Origin: Ptychomitrium polyphyllum
Taxonomy: Eukaryota
Assembly: GCA_973851085.1 (NCBI GenBank)
Contig: OZ316776.1
Span: forward strand, 9,362,001-9,426,000
Reading direction: 5' to 3'
DNA length: 64,000 bases
The notes below the pieces were generated by a model. That model did not search any database. It was not told the DNA's origin and saw only the letters and a program-made list of their open reading frames with translations. Position 1 is the first letter of the stretch; each line of letters starts with the position of its first letter. Made by a program: the position numbers and the translations under genes. Shown here piece after piece: positions 10,801 through 24,151 of this stretch.

Positions 10801-12854
10801 GATGGCTTCGTGGTGTGGATGGCACTTCGATCATGGATCTCTGACAGGTATTTTCCGACATATTTATCGCCATTAGTTTTTGTTCCTGTACGGATGATTT
10901 GAAAAGAGATTGCACTTATGAAGTATCTTACTTTATATAGTTGTGGGCATGTTAAAAGATTTTCTTTCCTTGATGTATGTACTCCAAATCTTAGTCTGGG
11001 AATGAAACTAGTTTGCAACCAATTTGGGTGCTCGAAGAAGTTTGCATCCCCACTCTCCCCCCCCCCCCTCTTTTTACCCTTCTTACTTTTGGTCTCTGCT
11101 TTTGGAACTCATTCATATTTTGCCCGATCTTGGGGTACCTATCCTCTGGTCGAGAAACATAAGTAAAATTTTTATCCCTTCCGGAATATATCTCCTGTTT
11201 GACTATTTGGTATTAATGTGTTTACAGAAGGACGTACGTCTTAATTAGAATGCACATCAGAATGATATTAATGTCATCAGCATATTAAAGTCCTGATGTT
11301 CTGACCAGTCGGGACAAAACTCTTGACAGGCTTGACATGTGCAATGTATATGAGGGAAGATGCCAGAATCCCAAACCCTGACCCACAATCAGGCCTCTAC
11401 ATTCGTGACAGACTGGGGAGTATTGTCAAGGTTTATTCCGATCATGACTCACATTTGGGTTCACAGTGATACGCTTTTATTACAGCTTAAATGCTGCACT
11501 TATGTGCAATTATTTCTACAGGCGAAAGCTAATTTATACTGGGTGCTATTTATAGGCAGTATTTGCGGAGGAGGATATAGCTTACCAAATGGGTGAAGCT
11601 ACTGAAATTCATTCAGGGGGTCTGTTCCGGGCCACATTACATTGTGTACAGGTCCAAATATTGCTTCACTAGGCTTTTGTGATAGTAAATGAAACCATAA
11701 ATTTATTGACCTAGTTTAGACTTCTTTTTTTCTGTCTTCATCTTGACTGTTCGTCTTTGCTGTTTTTCTTTTTCTAGGCTGCATATGGCATCGAGGGAAT
11801 CTCTCGTTTAGACCTCATGGTACCTTGCGCTTGTGCAGGCAGCATGTGGAGAAGCCGCAGTTGGAGTGGACCGTAACACATTTGCATTGTTCATGCAGCC
11901 TCAATGGTAGGTGTTGGATTTACTCTGTCTGGTCTTCTATGTCCACAAGGTTCTTCACTGAGTGACATAGATATCAATTCCTTCAACTCAAGTCAATTTG
12001 TTTTTCGATTAATAATATGGGCTCGTGTACTTGCCACCCGCCTATTTGTAAGAAGATGTTTACTGAGAAGGACTAGGAGTTGCAATGCACCTACCTTTGG
12101 AGTTCATTCTAATTCTCTAGTTTATTATTTCCCACTCGTGTCTATTGGAGATATACGTATAGTTGGTTTTGCCACTTCACGTTGCTTAGGATGGTGCCAG
12201 ATGCTTAAGAACCTGTACTTCCACACAAAAAAAGCCGTTGTTTTCCAACAAAGATACTACTTTCTTGTGTACAAGTGTTTACCAAGGACGATCCATAACG
12301 ATTTCTTTTGTTTCTCCTGTTCACTTGTTTTATCGACTGATGCTTTTGTATATCTTGAATCTTGGCCACAGGGACGAGCCTCTCATTTCACCAGATTCAA
12401 CTGAGGTAGTAGCTTGTACCTTAAACCTTTTGATCTTTCCTATGCATTGTGTTTCCTAACATAACATTTTTTAGCAGTTGGGATGGGTCACCCTTTGAGC
12501 AACAAACCCATAATTGTGAATCCAAGGTGAATGAGCATGGTTACTATCAATAAACCACAAAAAAAAATCAGTTTTTATCGAATCATATCCAGGAGGAGGA
12601 AAAAGTTCCAACACACTTTTAAATGCATTATTTGGACACTGTATAAGTATTTCATGAATTTTCAACATTGAGAATCTTGGGGATCAGCCACTTTATTCCA
12701 GGATGACAGGCAGGCTTGCTGAAGAATTTTATGAAAGTACTCACGCTTGATGATGCTTACTGGTTCAATTGATTTTTTCTGGCAGTCACATGAGGTTGTC
12801 AACTTTGGAGATTTTACAGAGGAACATCTCGATAAGTACTATGGAGGTTTATGA
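7810..12854 (+). CDS. 2-oxoglutarate/Fe(II)-dependent dioxygenase family protein (resembles Arabidopsis At4g13400-type)
   Basis: 15 in-frame exons: 7810-7905, 8343-8420, 8600-8649, 8905-8958, 9291-9343, 9671-9743, 9907-9968, 10169-10237, 10513-10618, 10777-10847, 11330-11430, 11556-11651, 11839-11906, 12372-12405, 12786-12854. Motifs: GFGPNSLGI, FGWSHGKE, KGSFYANP, HKGRLLHYFP, WCGWHFDHGSLTGL (HxD iron ligands), ATLHCV (distal His), RNTFALFMQP. Confidence 0.9.
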
Positions 12855-15800
12855 ACCAAGCCTGACATTATTGGTGGAGGTTGTGTTGACAAGTTTATAA
12901 GAAGCATGGGGTATCTGAAGAATTGTAGTGTTGTCATCAATTCATAATTTGGATCCATTCAATCTTAGATTCGTCATATAAAAAGAGTTCTGCAGTGAAT
13001 GGTTTTGCTGCATGTGGCTTGGAGAAGTGTATCAAATACATCCTTGCAATATAGGTTACTGGTTAATTAGTATTAGAGTTGCTCTTTTCAGTAGACATAG
13101 TTTGCGAGTTGTAAATTTGAATTAAGCTATGGATTCTATCATTCAGAGATTAGAGATGGACTACAATGCTCAGAGAGGCTACTACTGTTTTACAAACCCT
13201 ACTTTTGAAGGACATGAAGGCCATTGAAATTTGAGATGTTTGAATCTTGCCTGCTGAGATTTCTGAGTCTGAGAGATGAAAACTTCCTTGCAACGAATAA
13301 TTTCCTGCTTTAGTGATTAAAAAATTGTTGGTGAGCACATTTGTGTGGAGTGAAGCCTGCAGCAAAATTGTTTCATGCTCCACCACCAGTCTGACACAGC
13401 TGGTTTCTGAATGTTTAAAAATTATTTCTAACAAATAAACACTTCTGGCCAGCTGGTAAGTATTGTAGTGGTGGTCACATAACGTCCATAGTTTATGATT
13501 AAAAAATGACTACAAAATTGCAATCTCTCTCTCTCCAGTGCAGAAAATTAATGCTACTATATTGGATAATGCCAGCAACTAACATCAAATTCTTGCATTT
13601 GTAGGTGTCCAAGCTTCAGAATCCCATGGACTCAGCATGACATGAAATCCAGATTGTTCAAATTTCTTGACACAGGCCACACAGAACACACCAGACTTGT
13701 CTTGTCTATGAACTAGGCACAAACACATGGTCTGTGGACTAAAATAGAACTCTGGTCCCATCTGTGGTCTATGGATACTGCACAATTCCACGTGTGGTAA
13801 ATTGTGCGTCAACTTAACCCTTCAATGGCATTCAATTGGGGGTGTCAACACAACTTTTCAAATTGCAACCAAAAGCTCCCCTCCTCAAGTAGCTCATCAT
13901 TAAATTTTCACCTGTTTGTCACCAAGTCCTTGGGTGCTTGTAGCACACAGAGAACAGCAAATTCTGACACCTCAAAATAATGTTCCAATCACATAGCATA
14001 TATGGTAGTAACATTTGCATGGCAGAACATTATATGTACTATGGAAGTAAGGTCACAGGATCAACTTCTCCTGCATCTATACATTGCACTCTGACCCTTT
14101 GGCATGCTCTGAATCTCTGGCAGCTGGAGTATCCTCTATCAGAGAGGAAGATATTCAAAGTCAATGGGACATCCGATTTTCACCAGAAGAGTTCGCCCTC
14201 TGCATTGATTCTAACCCGGAGGGCAGTGGCTGCATGAGAATTATCCCAGCAACCCGCACCTGTTACCGTATCATCCTTGATGCAGTATGTGACTGTGTGA
14301 ACAGAGCCAGTTTTGCAGATAGAAGTAGGTGATTCTGTACCAGCAATGTCGTTGCGTGTCAAGTCGATCCAAGTCTATGAGGTTGTGAAGCTGTGCCGTG
14401 ACGTCGTCCTTGAACACACCACTGAGGGCGGATGAAATTGTTGTGACAAATCATTCGCTTGTGAGCATTCGCTGCACGCACCTACAGTGTTCTCTGCCAA
14501 GACACTAACATGCAACTTTAGTGGTGATTGGATTACTGGAACCTCCTGCACTAGCTCACCGTTCATCTCCCTTGGTTCATTCAATTCGGGAATCAGCCAC
14601 GGAGATGTCCGTTTGATGCCCACCCTTGAGTCATAAATTACCAGGCTCTCTAACAGTGAGCGTATTGGCAAGGTGCAGGGCCACTCTTCCCCTTGTCCCA
14701 TGGGAGATGGGGCAAGCAAAACATTCTAGCTCAAGGTATGGATATTTGAGGTAAAGGACAAGCCACAAGATAAGGTGGGAAGACATTAAAGTAATTATGA
14801 GGAAAAGAGTCTTCTCCCATGGACCAACTCTTGGGTTGCTATTTTGGAAATAATCCTAAAATCGGTCAACAAGCAAAGGCTTTTGTGCAATAATTATTGC
14901 CATGTAGGAGGTTAATAGATTTTCCCATCTATCTTCACATGGTTTCTCCTGTGAGCAAAATGAATTCCTTCTCACTAGACACTCGTCCAATCATCACTAA
15001 AGTTTGACATTTGACAAAATATAACACCTTCTTTAAAAGGGATGAGTTCCATCATTTGACAAGTACAATTCAATTACCAAAAATCGTATCTATAAAAAAC
15101 TGAAGAACTTTGTACACTATATTACTAAACTGAACTCATGTCTTTGTGCATTTAGTGCTACAAATCTTCACTGTCATTTTTATGAGTTTCCCACTCACCA
15201 GAGCAAGGATGAGTTACAATGCATATCTGCACTTTTGATTTCATGAACTTTTTCATTGGAATCCTTTTGCCACAATACTGTGTAAAATTCAGAGGAAGTT
15301 CACAAAATTGGTACAAATTCATGAGTGCAAAAGGAGTAAGGTGGAGCCAAACAACTGGGCTGCAAGTCAACTCTTGCATGTTCTTGGTCCAGCCCAGCCA
15401 TGTGCTCATGCCATTTCATGTCAGCCGTACTCCTTCAGAGTGGGAATGAGAAGTTCAAACTATGGGGGCAGATTCACATAAACAGCATAAAGGAGGCTGC
15501 ATTTTGGAGGCCTTCCACATAAGAAAGGTAGAAAGGAAGAGATTACATGAAAAAGGATGTTGATGTGGCTTGGCTGTCTTGCCACTGGAAGCAACATTCT
15601 CTGTGAGGTTTTTGGTTTGCCAATGCATAAATAACCGCCCTCTGTGTGAAAGAATTTGTCTTCATCTTTGAATGCATCTTGTCTTCATTGTTTGGAAAGT
15701 TGATGGCTACAAGTTGGTTCCACAAAACGCCTCCAAAACCGTCCTTTTGCTGATTATGTTTTTAACAACTCTGCTTAAGACAGGAAGATGCTTAGCCACT

Positions 15801-18386
15801 GAAGCATTCAACTTGTCAATTGTGTGACTTCACTTTTAAATCTCAATCTTTATCTACAAGAGCGCATTTGAATGTGAATATATGAAGTTAATATCTTCTA
15901 ATCTTGGAATCTCTTATATATCTTTACACCATATCCAACTATGTTTTTTGAATTTGTTAAAATAATTTTAAATTTTTTACTTTAAATTTTTTCTTAAACA
16001 ATTGTTATAGTATTTTTAAATATGTACTAAAAGATAGTCTACACATAGATACACTATTACAAAGTGTTATTTGGACACCATTACAATGTATTGTTTGGAC
16101 ACCATGTGAATCATTTATAAATATTCATAATTAGGATTATGAAAGATTAATCCTTTAAATTTGAGGGGATTAATATGTTTGCTAAGGAATGCAATATATA
16201 TGGTACAACCATCAACAATTTTATATACGCAATATAGACAAAACAGAAGATGTTCCGTTAAATTATATTATGATATGCTTCTATTTCAACATGTTATTCT
16301 TGAGGTGTAGAAGAATGTAGTCTTGAATTCAATAACGTAAACATGAACTATAAATTTGAATTCCTTTCTAGTAGAAGGTCATTGCTTAAATAGTGTTTTA
16401 CATATTTTGATTAGCTAAATGACCAAATAATAATATGCACTAATATGAACAACATATTAGTTCATTTCAATTTTATATAAACTGATAAGTTTTTATTATG
16501 CCACCTTAAAGAAAATACTCATTGGTTTTACATCATAAAGTCTTATTTTGAAAACTTTTAGACGTAGAGGTTTTTAATTTTTTTCAATGAAGTTCAATGA
16601 TGTTGGAAATGCTCTTAAGAAAGCAATCCAAGAGCTGGTCCATAAGAGAAGACCTTCTTCTCTAAAGAGAACCCTTTATTGGGTTGAAGCTTTTTCCTTC
16701 TTCCATCTTCCACATGAGAAGGTATAAGGTGATCCTTATAATACATACAACTCAAACTGCTATGTGTTCTACATCTGTAGATTCTTTCTCATGAAATTGG
16801 TTGGAAACATTTATGACCTTGTTAGAAAAAAGGAGTGTAAAGTTATATAATTGGTTGAATACAATGATGAACTTCTAGAAACAGGAATAAAAAACCATGA
16901 AACTGGTAGCGACCAACTTTGAACTGGACTGCAAACATTCATGAAGTTGCATGTTGGTCACAGAAGTATTTTATCCCTTGTGAGAGCATAGTAGCTATTG
17001 GAGTTGGATTTATCCTTTTTGACACATACAGAAAGATGATCCAATTCCAGAAGAAAGTACAACACCTCAAAGCAGTTGGTTTCAGGGTGGTAGTTGGCGG
17101 GTTCTGGATTCCCGTACTTTACTCTTGGAAAAGCCTTCTCAGAGGCCCTCTGCAATGTCTGAGCAGTCTGCACATAAATTTTCAACTTAAGAATTCCAAA
17201 TGATTACTGTAATGTGAACTTAATTGTATGTTGTAAGCCTCAGCAGGGTGGGAACTAAGGAGGCAGTGCTTCTTGAAAATCAATTAGTGTTATCTCTGAC
17301 AATGATTATCCTACTTCTGATCAATCAAATGCTTGCAGATTGTATTTTGTTTGAAAAACTTACATTTTATCATGCAAACCAATAGTAGATTGCATTGCAA
17401 GGACTCTATGACCCACAACCATCCTCGCTACAAGAGATTTAGTTTAATACACCTTACAACAATGTCCAAGCCCAATTTAGAAGTGGGCAATGTTTGTGAA
17501 CTTCAAGGTGACCTTAAGCACTAGCTCTGTTTTGCTGCAAAAGAGACATCATGATCTGAAAGGGTGACCTTCACATGAAAAGCAGTGGGTTGAGTGGGTT
17601 GAGGGGTTGTCAGATTGAGAGACTTCATGCTCCTGAAAAACCTAGGTGTACGACAGGGGCTCATGTCACCAGTTGCTGCATCCATGGAATTCACATTGTC
17701 CATGCATTTCAGATTTTGGTGTGGCAAACTGTCCAGTGTGCTTTTACTAGATAACAAACATGAGAAAGGGCAACATTGTCCTTTCTACCAAAGTTGAGGA
17801 CAATGTGAAACCAACCCAGAAGAGACCAACCCTAATAAGCCACTGCTGTGATGGTGTGATCTTGAACTGGCAAGGCACTTGCATTGTGACTCTGTGATGC
17901 TTCTAAAGCTCACCACATGCATAGAGGTTGATATTTGGTAGAATGTTGTGAATGCTGACTTCTAGTCACTATCCTAGTTATGATTCGCATCACAGCATCT
18001 CACATGGTGCTCACCATATTCTCATTGTATGGGACTCCCACATGAGCAAACTTCTTCATCACCCTCAATGTTGACAGATGATCTTGAGGTGCAGCACTGT
18101 AGCATAGATGCTCCAGAATCACCTTTGAGTGTTCAACACCCTCCACAGTGTTGCCTTGCATGTCACAGTAAATTGGAATGCTCTTTGATGTCAACCCTTA
18201 ATCAAAATATGCGGTACAGATAATAGTTCTGTCAGTACACAGACACCTCATGTAATCTAAGCTACATATTCATAATTCAATACTGATCTTGCCTCTTTCA
18301 TGCTGTTAACTAGGCAGCTCTTCAGTAAAAAGGTTCATTCAGGCAGAGTCTGCTGGACATTCCTGGGGAACTTCTATAAAAACATT

Positions 18387-18437
18387 TGGGTATAGCAGGA
18401 CTTGAACCTGCGACCATTAAGTTAAAAGCCTAATGCT
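18387..18437 (-). pseudogene. trnK: 5'-truncated tRNA-Lys(UUU) of plant mitochondrial type (probable NUMT fragment)
   Basis: The minus strand reads AGCATTAGG-CTTTTAA-CTTAATGGTCGCAGGTTCAAGTCCTGCTATACCCA: an anticodon stem-loop with TTT, a T-arm GCAGG-TTCAAGT-CCTGC and the 3' acceptor strand. It closely matches the recalled land-plant mitochondrial trnK-UUU. The 5' acceptor strand and most of the D-arm are absent. Confidence 0.8.
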
Positions 18438-20850
18438 AATTAGGAAATGAAGGTACACTTGGCTAAGTACAGACTTCATGGATGAGTTCCCTTCTAGAAC
18501 ACAAAAAATGGTTGCCTAGCAAATTCAAATCTGTTTGAAGGAATGAACAAGAGTTGAACAAGGAATATTGATGATTGTCTCTAAAACCTACAAAAGGCAT
18601 AAATGCAATTTTTATAAGATTTGATATTAGTTACATTCTTTTTTGACTTCATTTCCTTTCATATGTTATAGTTTTTAAATTATTTTTCTTTTAATAAACT
18701 TTTAATTTTTTGCATTTTCGATTTTTGTTATACTGGATCATACTTTTGTTTTTGTTTGTTTAGACTCATACATAATTTGCTACTATAAGGTCTTTCTCTT
18801 AATGATGCTCGAACTTAAAGTGACTCAACAATGAATGTGCTTTATAGTACCAAATATTCATAAATGAATAATAACTTGAATCCTACAAGGAATTCAATTT
18901 TTAATAATTTGGATTAAGTTAAAGTGATAAACTATTATTTATGATTTTATAATTTGTATAAATGTAAAAACATAGAATGCAAAAAAAAAATTATGACATA
19001 TTTATGTAAGTCTTCAAGAATATATATAAGCTTAAAAAAAAACCAAAAAACTATTAGTATATATTGTCTTGTGAGTGGTTCTATGATTAAATGTAAAGTT
19101 GATTGTTTGTTTTTCAAATTATTAATAATTCACATTCTCTAACAATTTTCATTCTATTGTAGTAAATTTTAAATCACTCAAAATAGATGAGTGCCATGTT
19201 CACTTGCCTATTAATTAAGCAATAAAGGCACTTAAAAGAAATCGGACTAATGAGCTACATTACACATCCACATAATTGGGTTCTAATGGAATGCTTGGTA
19301 CAACACTATGCATACTCCTATTTTCTAATGACATGGTACATACTTTAAAGCATACCTTTTATAACTATTTTATCTCACTATGAACATCCAACATGTCATG
19401 GGAACATGTGGGACATAAACAAGGTGTAGAATGTCATGTGTAAAGGGAGCACATATACAAAATGATTTCCATGGCATGAGATTTTGCAGCTTTCAAATGA
19501 TGAAGTATGAGTCACACATAAGGTACGGAATGAGAGTACATACCCTCCCTCCAGCCTCACTTTTCCGCAGCTGCTCTAAGTTCATGACAGACAAGGTGGC
19601 AGGCGCAGGGCCTTTACTGCAAGAATAAGAAGGGCTGCCTTTTCAGCAACCCTGCCAAACATCAAGCCATCTTGCTCCATGTTAACTTACAATTACAGGG
19701 CGCTCAAGTCTAGCAAGCACACCAACTCCCTTCAAGTCCACCACCGTCACCCCCGGGAACACTTATATTTCTCCATTGATGACAGTTACTCCTCCTTCAA
19801 CTGCCTGACCTCAACGCCCCCATGGCTCGTGCAATGGAGGCCAAAGGCCAATGGCCGTGGGATTGAAGGCAAGGCCTTGAAGAAGCCAATCATAATCAGT
19901 GGAGGAAATCAGAGCTTGCTCTCAGACTGCAAGTGAGCGCATTGATATCATTCCCATTGCTGCCTGCTCTCTATGGTACGTCCGAGGTGCTGCTGCCTTT
20001 ATTGCACTAGTGTAGTAGTGTACTCCGTGGGGGGTGGTAAGGGAGCTTTACTGGTTGCAGTGAGTGGGTGACGGACTTGCATCCTCACCTTCGCTTAAGC
20101 TACCACGCTCCACTTGGCCTTCAGTTGCTGCTCTTCAATCATCGTTTCAACTATGACTGAATCATCATTCCCTCTCATGTGGTAGCCTGCGAACGCCGCA
20201 CTGCATGCCTCATCAGAGCTAGCTGGATATCGCCACCCACCTCTCGCTTGCTAGCTGCAGCTTTCCGCAGCTCCTTCCATCTGCGCCTTCCAGGTAAACG
20301 TACCCCTTTGTGTGACCGTGTTGCGGATTCTCCATTGTGGCTTTTCGTTTCTTCAGGAGTGGTGGTGGTAGTACAGAGGTACTATAAGTACGACGTCTAG
20401 AAGATTGATCATATATTCATTTGCTGCGTTTTTGTTATTCCTTTTTTTCTTTGGTGGTGTGTATAGGTCCAGTTAGGTTTCGGATACCGCCATTGAAGCT
20501 CAAGTGTGAAGCCAGCCGGCCAGGTGCAGCTGAAGGCATTATATTGTTCGTTAACAGCTGACGCAGCTGCAGCTCTCGTACGGACGTTCTTTGGAAATTA
20601 ATGGATCGGGTCGCCTTGGAATACCCGTCAGCGTCGACGTGAGATGTACTATTGAGCAGTGATCGTTGAGGAAATTGATGATTCAAGTGCCAATAACAAT
20701 ACACTGTTGTATGTGGAAAGCGTGAGGTAGTTGACCTACAGGAGCTTTCGACTGAATAACTTCAGCTACCGATCTGAAAGTTGGTAGTTGCAAGTTCAAA
20801 TTGGAAGTAACTGTATCAGTTGAAGTGTTGCGCCATTAGAAGGCTTTAGG

Positions 20851-23047
20851 ATGGCGGAGAGTATGGCGATAGCAGGGACTGCGGTCAGTAACATCCATGG
20901 GGCGGCGAGGAGGGAGACGACGAGTATCAAAGTGGAGAAGCAGGCTGATCAGTCGAGCGTGCTGCTGAGCTTGATCGCCAACCCGGCGAGCAGCATCGCC
21001 ATCATCTTACCGGACTTTCTAGCGAGTGTGAACCTCAAGTATGTGAAGTTAGGGTATCATTACCTCATCACACACGCCATGATCCTCATGGTCATCCCCC
21101 TCTTACTTATCACGCTTGCCGAGAGCTGGTTCCGCATCGGCTGGACCGATATCCTCCAACTCTGGGACAATCTCCACTTCAACCTAGTAAGCATTCTATC
21201 TCGCTTCGTCCTTATTCTCCCTCCACTCAATACCACCTCCGCAACCTACAGCTCGAAATTCAAACTCATACAGCACCTTTCGCTTTCCAACCAACGTACC
21301 CATTCGTAACTTGAGAAATGAATAACTAGTTGCCAGGTATTGAAATTAGTTGAGTTGGCAATCGAAAGTCTCTGTCAATTGTTCGTTGCAAAAGCACCAT
21401 GGTGATGTTTTGCCTGTAAACTTGGTAGAATTCAATATTTGTTTGGGCTGGAGTGTAATCATTCTCCGAACTTGTTGTAAATATCTTATTTTTGAGGAAT
21501 TTTTCGTGATGGTGAGTATTTTTTCGTTTGTTACAGGTGAGCGCATTGGCATGCTCGGGACTGAGTGTGTTCGGCATCACGTTGTATGTGATGATGCGTC
21601 CGCGGCCAATCTACCTCGTGGATTTCGCTTGCTACCAACCGGAAGACGAACGCAAATGTTCCAATGAGCGCTTCCTACAGGCTTCCATGATGACAGGCGC
21701 CTTCACGGAGGAGTCCATGACGTTCCAGCGCAAAATCACTGCGCGGTCAGGGTTAGGCGATTCAGCCTACCTCCCGAAGTCCATCATCAACGACCCACCC
21801 GTGCGGAAAGGCCAGCCCAACATGCGTCAGGCTAGAGAGGAGGCCGAGCAGGTCATGTTCGGCGCTCTCGATGAGCTTTTCGAGAAAACGGGCATCAAGC
21901 CCAAGGACGTCGGCATCCTCGTGGTAAATTGCAGCCTCTTCAATCCTACCCCGTCTCTCGCGTCCATGATCATCAACCACTACAAGATGCGGGGGAATGT
22001 GAAGAGCGTGAACTTGGGGGGGATGGGGTGCAGTGCGGGCGTAATCTCCATCGACATTGCGCGAGACCTTCTCCAGGTAACGATCTGGAATTCGAAACCC
22101 TCTATTTCGCCATAGCCAAGTAATCTGTTTTGGGAGACATAGCTAATTCGATGGAATGAGTCTGGTGCAGGTGCACAGGAATACATACGCGGTGGTGGTG
22201 AGCACGGAGAACATAACCTTAAACTGGTACTTCGGCAACGACCGATCCATGCTGCTGCAGAATTGCATATTCCGGATGGGTGGGGCGGCGATTCTATTAT
22301 CGAACAGGGGACGAGAGAGGTGGAGGGCCAAGTATGAGCTCGTGCACACGGTGCGCACGCACAAGGGCGCTGACGACAAGTGCTACGCGTGCGTAGTGCA
22401 GCAGCAGGACGAGTGTGGGAACGTGGGCGTGGCGCTCTCAAAAGACCTTATGGGCGTGGCGGGCGACGCGCTCAAGACCAACATCACCACACTCGGGCCG
22501 CTCATCCTGCCGCTCTCGGAGCAGTTGCTGTTCTTCGCCAACCTCGTCGTGCGCAAGTTCCTCAAGCTGAAGATGAAAGCTTACATCCCCGACTTCAAGC
22601 TCGCGTGCGAGCACTTCTGCATCCACGCCGGCGGCCGCGCCGTCCTCGACGAGCTCGAGAAGAACCTCGACCTCTCGGAATGGCACATGGAACCCTCCCG
22701 CATGACCCTTCACAGGTAATGCAACCGCATATCCTAAAATAAAATCCTAAAATATTTTCATGGGCCCGAATTCAAGTTGCAAAAACCGACCTGCGTTGTT
22801 TGGTTGCGTGTCGAGCAGGTTCGGCAACACGTCGAGCAGCTCGCTGTGGTACGAGCTGGCGTATATGGAGGCTAAGGAACGGGTGCGGCGCGGCGATCGC
22901 GTGTGGCAAATCGCGTTCGGGTCGGGATTCAAGTGCAACAGCGCAGTGTGGCGCGCACTTCGCACCGTGAAGCGGCCGCAGCGCAACCCCTGGCTGGATT
23001 GCATCGACAAGTACCCCGTCCGCAACAACTCCACCAGCTTCTCCTGA
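20851..23047 (+). CDS. KCS: 3-ketoacyl-CoA synthase (FAE1-type very-long-chain fatty acid elongase condensing enzyme)
   Basis: Exons 20851-21186, 21537-22076, 22171-22715, 22819-23047. Motifs: [50 protein letters not shown] (catalytic Cys), [11 protein letters not shown] (His), RFGNTSSSS (Asn), [13 protein letters not shown]. Possible 5'UTR intron ~20294-20741. Confidence 0.97.
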
Positions 23048-24102
23048 TCTCCTCTCCCGTGCTTCCCAAGCTTTCTCGCAATCACCCACCCCATTCGTCC
23101 ATCCACCTCTTGTTCCAAACTTGTTCGCTCGGTTCGACAGTCAGTCGTCAGAAACTTACATCGAATCACATCAAATCACCATTTATATCCGCAACAGAGT
23201 GAGAGTTGTCCGGGCTTTCGGGGCCAATTCGCTGCAACGTTGGTGTGGCTTAACTAGACGAACCTGCAGGAAAAGCACGCAATTTACGAGAGTATACGAC
23301 ATCGTTGTAGTTTGTAGAGCAGAATGTTTTAGTACTTAGTCATTAGCTGATTGTACTATTCCACAATTGTTGATTCAAAGATGCAATATTCTTGATTGAA
23401 TACTTGATAGCTTGCTGGCTCAGGGTTCGACTTCGATCTATGACAACGTTTACTTGATTATTGTACTCTGGTGGATTTTTCAATGTAGTATTCTTGTACT
23501 TCTGAACTACTTGTTGGGAGTCCAGAAATGGATCATGGTATTTATAAGTTAGAAAACTAACAACGAAGAAGAAGCAATATTAGTCAATGCACTGTATCTC
23601 GTACAAATACCAAACATGGCCAGTGAGGACAGACAGGAAACTGAAAAGTTAGTAGTATCTGCAGTAGTTAACAACCACCTTCTGGCTGCAACTGTTTTCT
23701 GATAATGCCACCTGAGTTGACATTCTTAACTGTCCACATCCTCATCTGTGCAGAGCTGTTACAGCGTCGGCCTCGAGGTCACCTCGGACGTAATGAAGGA
23801 TGCTGATAGATTTCTTGTCTCCAATACCAAGACCTGTGAAGAACACAGTGTATAATTGTTGTCCAGATTGGTTGAGGTTGAACACATTATTCTGATGATG
23901 ACAACAGGCTAATTGCAAGAGCTGCTCACTGCTGGTGAGGAGCATTGGGCATTTGCCTAAACTGTCATTCATGATGGATACTATATTATTCCTGGCTATT
24001 CAACTACCTATAGGGGATGGATGAATATGAGTTTCATTTCTCAAAACCAAAAGTAGTGATCACTGATTGAGCAATCACATGCTAAAATGAATAGTATTGA
24101 AG

Positions 24103-24151
24103 AACTTCCATCTCCAACTTCCATCTCCAACTTCCATCCTCAACTTCCATC
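24103..24151. repeat. 13-bp tandem repeat (AACTTCCATCTCC) x~4
   Basis: Read directly: aacttccatctcc aacttccatctcc aacttccatcctc aacttccatc. Confidence 0.9.

Noticed and set aside
13000..20200. Many 60-115 aa ORFs in the long interval between the dioxygenase and KCS; possible miRNA hairpins
   Set aside because: No coherent exon chain or motif. No match to the conserved plant miRNAs I recall, and no long fold-back was seen by eye.
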